Assembly (NCBI GenBank): GCA_012295275.1
Contig: CM022670.1
Coordinates: 6,758,001 to 6,822,000, forward strand
Reading direction: 5' to 3'
Source: Chrysomallon squamiferum
Lineage: Eukaryota > Animalia > Mollusca
DNA length: 64,000 bases
The notes beneath the pieces were generated by a model. It did not search any database. It was not told the origin of the DNA and saw only the letters and a list, made by a program, of their open reading frames with translations. Made by a program: the position numbers and the translations under genes. Below, in pieces: positions 56,711-64,000 of this stretch; positions within the stretch are counted from its first letter, which is position 1, and every line of letters begins with the position of its first letter.

Positions 56711-58671
56711 GTTATATTAATGTTAACATTGTTTTTATTAGTATTATTATTGTTATTGCTTATGTTGTTTTTGTTGTTGTTATTACTATTTCTTATGGAT
56801 TTTTTTTTATTTCTTTTTTTTTTGGCTTATTCGCAACATATGTCTGGTTGGTCAGTTGTTTGTTTTACTAGAAGGATTTCTGAAGTTTATTGTCTGCTAA
56901 CGGTTAAGGGTATTTCATCATTACGCTAAATCCTTCGTCTGGCAGCTAATAACCGTTAATGGTAAAAAATGTGTCGAGCTGTCATCATACATACATATCA
57001 TCCATGCATAGACAGCATATGCCATAACCTTTAATGCATCAATATTTTTGACAAAAGCCTTCGCTGGGTCCTCCGGGACTGATTAATCACGCCTCCGAGG
57101 ACGCGAGACAGTCTCTGGTCCTGGATTAGAAGACGTAGTAGTCGTTAAGGTCGCCACCAGAATAAAGTCGGCGTCACAGGGGCAGTTAGGAACGAGAGTC
57201 TGACGCAAGTAAGCTGACGTCGCTGCTCGAATCAGTTCACAGCGACAACAAAACAGCCGAAAATCAGCTTGACTTGGGTAACAGCAGCGGTTTTGTGTGT
57301 AATTTGGCGATCAATAACGAGTTAATTACGGCGTGAACAAGCTGGGATCCAAATTAAATGAAGTAGGCGAAAGAAGAAAATGTTTTATATGTAAAACGCG
57401 CGTAAGGATGGGAAAACATACGAGAAATTAATCACGCGAGAATTGACGGCTAAACGCTCACAACAGCGTTTAGCGCCGAGCAACCGCGGCGCCGTCGTTT
57501 AAATGATTTTTATGTAATATTAAACAGCCCATCGTGTTCCGCTAATGTCTCCCTGCATGCTGCAGTTTCGCGTTCTCACGATCGGAAGCGTTACTACTTA
57601 GATCGGTGGGTGAAGTCAAGTTGGAAATGACGGAAAGTAACAGCGTTGTCTCCAGTCGTATAATTACGACTGGCTTTTTGAAGCGCCGATTTTAAGTTTT
57701 TGATGGTTGTCAGGTTCAACCATCGGCGGCACTGAGGTTAAACAATTGAATTCGAGGTGAGAAGAGAGATTCTTTTATTTTCGATTTTGCGTGCGCGACA
57801 GAGGTACTTAAGAAGAAACAACTCTGTCTAGCATGACAAATCTTTCTAAAACTTTTGGAATATATCTATTAAACATTCGTGGAAAACAAATTAAAGAGAA
57901 TTACGCTTTTTTAAAAGTACATTAAAACTACCAGAAATACTTAATAATTTCCTGTATCTGCATACAACAGTAAAAAAATAACGATAAATGAGATCAAAAT
58001 AGCCCCCAAAACATCGGTTGCTAGAATTCACGAAACTTAGCTTTAACAAAACGACACGAAGCATCGATCCCGGGAACTGCAGCACGGAAGACCAAACATC
58101 TTTCAGTATTACACTCTGTTATTTTACGTCACCTGAAACTTCACAATTTACGTGTTTGCTTTGACACGGCTTCAGGACACACAACACTGAGCCAGGAAGC
58201 CGCAAAGCCAGTGACGGGCCGATGAAACACAGAGTTATTTTTGGATGGAATATTTACCCGCCTCTGACGTATTTTGGCCTCTGTTATCGCAGGCTTTTAG
58301 ATAGGAAATGAAAAGAAAGATTCGTCTGGGAGATCAATGCGTGGATTCTGGTACAGAGGCGGTCACAAAGTGTGCTCCAGGGAGGGGCATTCAGAGCAAG
58401 AACAAATACATCAAGAGTTGGTGAGGCATAGGACAGAAACGTTTCGATTCAGATCAGTTTCAGTTATAGAAACAAATGACTAGCTACGATATAACTGCCA
58501 GGTCTTTTGTTTTTTTCATCTTATATTCCCCCCATCAAAATCGACAGAAATTGCCTGTTTATTCCAAATGTGTCCCAGCCATTTTTCTTAGTTCTTGTTT
58601 TTTTTTTTATTTGCAAACGGTTCTCTCTTATTATAATATATGTAAATTAAGCATTGGTAATATAACGTTTT

Positions 58672-58790
<119 letters not shown>

Positions 58791-61700
58791 CCCCTCTCTA
58801 TCTGTAGTTGTGTGTATGTGTGTGTTTCAACATGGATGTTTTTTGTCAAAAAATCTTCTACATTTTTATTCTCGATTTCACTCAACCTACGACTTTCTGT
58901 CTCACTGTACAATATTAACGTTGTAATATTGTTAACAACATAACCAGGTCAGCCTGACACCAGTGTAATCAATTACTGTCGATCTTCACATTCACCCGCC
59001 GAAGCTTCAAGCACGTCTTTCTTGGACCCGAACTACCGAAATTTATCTGCGAACGTGTGCAGGATCTTTATAAAACAGAGAACACGGCGGTTTCTTTGAG
59101 AAAGAGGAATTCTGCAGATGATCGCCAATTGAGCTGAATGTAGGCTCGCGGTAAAACCAATAGTGTTGTCTTCTATTGACACATGTCAGTTGGGTCAATT
59201 TAAGTCGTTCCTCGAGTCTTACAGAAGATAAACAGATCTCGATTGTCTGTCACAGCTATAATTACCAACAGACCGCAGAGCAGGCCAATATCAATAGCTC
59301 CTCAATTAACATGCGTTACCCTCGCTTCAGCGAGCCGCTCGTCTGCAGCGCCTTCAAGTTGCTGATGCTGCTGGTGGTGGTGGTGGTGATGTAGTTGTTG
59401 TTAATGATGTTGTTGATGTGGATGTTAATTTGAATGATGATGATGATGGTGATGTTGCTGATGTCGTTGTTGTTATTATTATTTACACTGTCGTTGTAGT
59501 TGCGTTATTGATATTTCTGACGGTCCTGATGTTGTTAGTTTTTATTCGTTGCATCTGTGAGCTGTTTTTACTGTGTTTTTTGTTTATGTAATATTGACTG
59601 ATGGTGTAGTAGCTGCTTCTGTTGTTGCTGTCGTCGATGGTACTTTTTGTTCCAGCCAAATTTGTGACTGCTACAATTTCTTGTTGTTGTGATATTTTGA
59701 TAAAGTTCTTGGGTCTTGTTCTTTGATTAGATTTGACTTCGAATTTCTGATCTACTGATTTTTATGATTTGTATTATTGAATGTATTTCAGTTTATCATG
59801 TTCACTCTGTGACTTTTTCCTTACATACAAGTGACTTTTTTGTTTGTTGCTTTGGACATCAATGTCTTACATTTATTTATATGTTTGTCTTTACAAGTAT
59901 TTCTTTTAAACCATTAAACATGACACTTGTCTGTAAGGGAAAAGTCACACGGTATTATGACAGCATGGCAGTGCTTTTAAGGTATTTTTTTGTGTATGGA
60001 TTTACGTGGATATCTTCGTGAGTCTGCGTGCATAAGTTCTTGACGTTATCTTTTTCGGTTGATTAATATAATTATTTAAACAAACGACAATCAGCCATAT
60101 TTTGAACAACTCATTTATCAGCCACTTTAAAAGCAAACGAGAGGGAACAGTCTTATATTTTTTAAATTAGAAAGAGCTTGAAAGAAGATTAAAGAACTAA
60201 ACGATGAATACGTAAGGTTCAGCAAGGCTAATGTGATTTTTACACACAAAAACACCGCATGCTAATCACGTTGCTCTAATCATTCATTTGTAAGCGAGGA
60301 TTATTGCGTAACGATCACAAATGAACTGCAAAGTTACTGTCGAGACTCGGAATGTCTGCTTATCGACTGCAATTAGCTCAATCACCAGGAACTGTTGCCA
60401 CTTGAACATGCGTCCTGCTTACACAACGCTGATAGAGAACCTGGCATAATACGTTTGAATGTTTGCTGCTTTATGAGTCTGTTTGTACATAAACACTATT
60501 GACTGCTGGCATACGACGTATCTGCACGAGGCTATTGATTGAGCTGTGATCACTAAGCTGCAGGCATATCTCGAGTTTGAGATAGTTTCAGAAACTTCAT
60601 GGTCCTGTTTAAAACACGTTACCTCAGATACACCTGAATTGTACGCCTATGATAAACTCGCTTGAACTTTTAGCAAATTCATCTCAATTGGTTATGTCAG
60701 ATTATGAAGTATGGGCGGATATAGAAGGTGATTTGCGGGAGGGAGGGACTGGACACACCCGTTTCCGACCTCTTTTTTTGTTAGAGAACAATTTTTATTA
60801 TTGAAATTGATATTATCATCAAAAGTATAAGGATAATAACAGTGTGAGTTTAATGTACTAAAACGCTATATCTGATAGAAATACTAGGGAATTTGGATAC
60901 ATCTGATCTAAGAAATAAGAAAAAGAAGTAACATCGATGAATAAATAAAAATAAAAATAAAATGGGGAGTATGAGAAGAAAGTAGCAACAGACAGAGAAT
61001 TTAATACATTAAGAACAAAAAGATAATACAGGTGGAAAATGAAAACAGTAATAGAAAATGTAATAGAAGACCAAATAGAGAAAAAAGAAAACAAGTAGTA
61101 AAATAAAACATCTCATCATCAAAGACTTTCCAGTCATTTAGACACAGACTTTGAATAATCTTCACTAGCTACAAACACTGTTATTACAAACCAGTTTTAA
61201 GCCAAATAATCTTTTTAGCTTTTGTGATGATAGCCTTTACTGCTGATCGCATAACACTGTATTTAAGTAACCTTTGAATTAGATTGTTTATGGTTATGTA
61301 GTCTCAGTAACTGGTAATGTCAAAGTCTAAAGAAAAGATGAAGAGCGGTTCCAAAATTTGAATTATATAGAAAAAAGTTTCATTATTCTGGAAGATGTTA
61401 CTGTCTTAATGAAATGAATTTCCTGTGAAGAAAAAGAGTAATAAAAACTTTGGAGGGGAAAAAAAAAAATAGATGTGCAAGTGCGTTGTCATCCCTGCTG
61501 CTAGACGTGGTCGTGTCAGTGCAAGGACAGACACACCGTCGTGGCAAATTTTGTTAAAGCTTCAGTGTAAAAACACAGACGACAAGAAACCACAAATCAA
61601 ACACTTGAGTGGCTGCATGTTTTCATGTTTTTACCATCCACTGACAGAAGTTATGTGTCAGTTTGTTATGACTATGCAGGTTTTTTTGCGTCTTTTTTCT

Positions 61701-62510
61701 CTTTTAACGTCCGCAAATTGTTATTTTGAAAACCGATTCCAGAGTTTTTGTTACTGATTCAGTGTTTTTATTATTAGTTGTAAACATATTTTTTATATCT
61801 GCTATATAATCGACAATAACAGTAAAATGTTGGATTGAGATGTGTCAGATTTTAGTATTGTCATTGGAAAGATTATATATGTTTATCTTGCTGCTGGTTG
61901 GTACACACAGGTCATGATGTAGTAAATTACCGTTATAGAAGAAAAAAAAAACTACATACTTAGTGATCTTAAAATAGAGTAAAGTGAAATGTGATATATG
62001 ACGTAAAGTAATGTAATGTAACTTCGGACGACTAAATATACACAGAATCCCTGTGACCAGAAAAAAAAACACCACCAATCGTAATGGCACAATTGAATTA
62101 ACCAGCCTTTTGTGGTCAATGACCCAAACATTTATTTAGAGTGATTTTCATTCTCTAGTCTTTGCCCGTGGATAATAATATTTTCATACGTCTGAACGTT
62201 TTCAATTAGCCACTTTAAGCGGTGGTTAGTTCAGAGCTGTTGACTGTTCACCACTTGTAACACGTCTTCGAGATCATCGTTCAGGATGTCTGACTTTTTT
62301 TTTCACAACTAGGGGAAAATTGTCCTCTTTGAGGTGAACACAGAGAAAATTATCTGCTACAGGTTGTAACGTCAATGAAGTTTAACACGTGTTTAAGAAG
62401 AAGAGAAATGATTCTGTCTTGTAGGTGAAGACGGCTGATCGATTAGAGCGACCCCTGGGAGTGTCGTCTGCAGGTTTCCTGTCACAGTGCATTGTTTACA
62501 AGAGTAACAG

Positions 62511-62685
62511 TTAATACTGAAATAGTGAGTAGAAGTAATACTGAAATAGTGAGTAGAAGTAATACTGAAATAGTGAGTATAAGTAATACTGAAATAGTGA
62601 ATAGAAGCAATACTGAAATAGTGAGTAGAAGCAATACTGAAATAGCAAGTCGAAGTAATACTGAAATAGTAAGTAGATATAATAC
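62511..62685. repeat. 24-bp minisatellite, about 7 copies
   Basis: Unit taatactgaaatagtgagtagaag. It produces the SNTEIVSR repeat ORFs. Confidence 0.93.
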
Positions 62686-62792
62686 AAACAGCAGATTTCC
62701 TCTCTCAGATCTTACTAGACACGTGAAATTAGTACCAGTATTATTAAAAAGAGTAAGCAAAAGGAATAGAAACAGCATATTTCCTTTCTGAA

Positions 62793-62975
<183 letters not shown>

Positions 62976-63817
62976 TTTATATACTTATTACATATTCGTA
63001 ATAATCATTAATATTAAAATGTGCTTGTTTTCTAGTTTCATAATATAAATTCAGTGAATGACTAAGATCTTCAGCTGGTGTTGGGAACGTCGAATCTTAC
63101 ACGCAGATGTTAGCTAATTGACTTTTGCTTATCTCCCTGTCTTTTATTTCATCTAACAGCTTCTCTGAACAATTCAGATCTTTTGGTCTCTATTTTGTTT
63201 ATTATTTCTTCTGGCGATTTCACTAAATAGCTAAGGTATTGGGAATTCTAAACACGTGACCTTCAGCTGGTTGACCTTTGCTTTCTACTTTTATCCATCC
63301 CCTTTTTTTTCGTGTGTGTGATAACTTCAACACACGTCCAGGTGTCTGGTAGGTGCTGGGATATCTAAATCCAAACACATTTCCACATCATCAGGTCAGA
63401 TCAGTCTGGTTATCGAAACTGACAGTTCGGTCATCAGCGCAAGGAAAAACGAGAAAACCGTGATGATGAATCAAGTGTAAAACGTTGCTCGTAGAAGTCA
63501 TTTTTACCAGTTGACCGGACGCTGGGTTAACTGTCCGGCGGAAATACACCGACCACGATATAACCTACTAATCGCCAGCGTCATTAAAAATAGATGACTG
63601 GACCACGGAACTGTTTTATTTTTAAAATTACAACTCAGCTTGCTGGTACTTACGTGAAACGTACTGCCCAGTGCGTGCGACCTCTTTCGTCGTTCACAAA
63701 AGCAAATCAATTACTCACGTGTTTGATTTTATTTCGTTTCCACTGTTAACAAAACTATTTCAATATTCTGGATTTTCTGATAATGTTAGTTTACAAATAT
63801 TCACCTAATATTAATAA

Positions 63818-63853
<36 letters not shown>

Positions 63854-64000
63854 CTGTTTTTGTTTGGTGTCAAACAAGATTATATTTGATGGACTACAAA
63901 TCAAGCGAAAAAAAGTGCTTCAATAACAAAATAATCGAGAGGTGATTCCAGTGGACGTTATCACGTTTATGATTGCCCTGAGTTGACGCCAGGCACAGAG

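Noticed and set aside
62482-62791. SNTEIVSR and LLLTISV repeat ORFs
   Set aside because: Products of a 24-bp minisatellite whose unit is a multiple of three.

Overview
AT-rich, microsatellite-dense animal genomic DNA with spliceosomal GT-AG introns. It is probably an invertebrate, and a mollusc-like origin is my inference. Four genes are supported. (1) The last eight coding exons of a PDE2A-type cyclic nucleotide phosphodiesterase (+, 33-3027). (2) A two-exon, 391-aa anhydro-N-acetylmuramic acid kinase (anmK; +, 9801-10541 and 14015-14449). This is a bacterial peptidoglycan-recycling enzyme with Bacteroidota-like motifs, sitting in an animal chromosome with an intron and a candidate TATA box, and it is the strongest candidate for an unusual system (a domesticated horizontal transfer). 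(3) Eight exons of a GABA-A-like Cys-loop anion channel subunit (-, 42001 to 30488) with several non-canonical residues; its signal-peptide exon was not found. (4) A divergent class A GPCR with an intronless ORF (+, 52812-53747), possibly nested in the first intron of the channel gene. Also present are a decayed non-LTR retrotransposon that lacks its endonuclease/RT core (about 16830-18700), several minisatellites, a decayed MITE-like element and a sharp CpG-depletion boundary near 9.3 kb. All calls come from manual reading and translation; no database searches were run.
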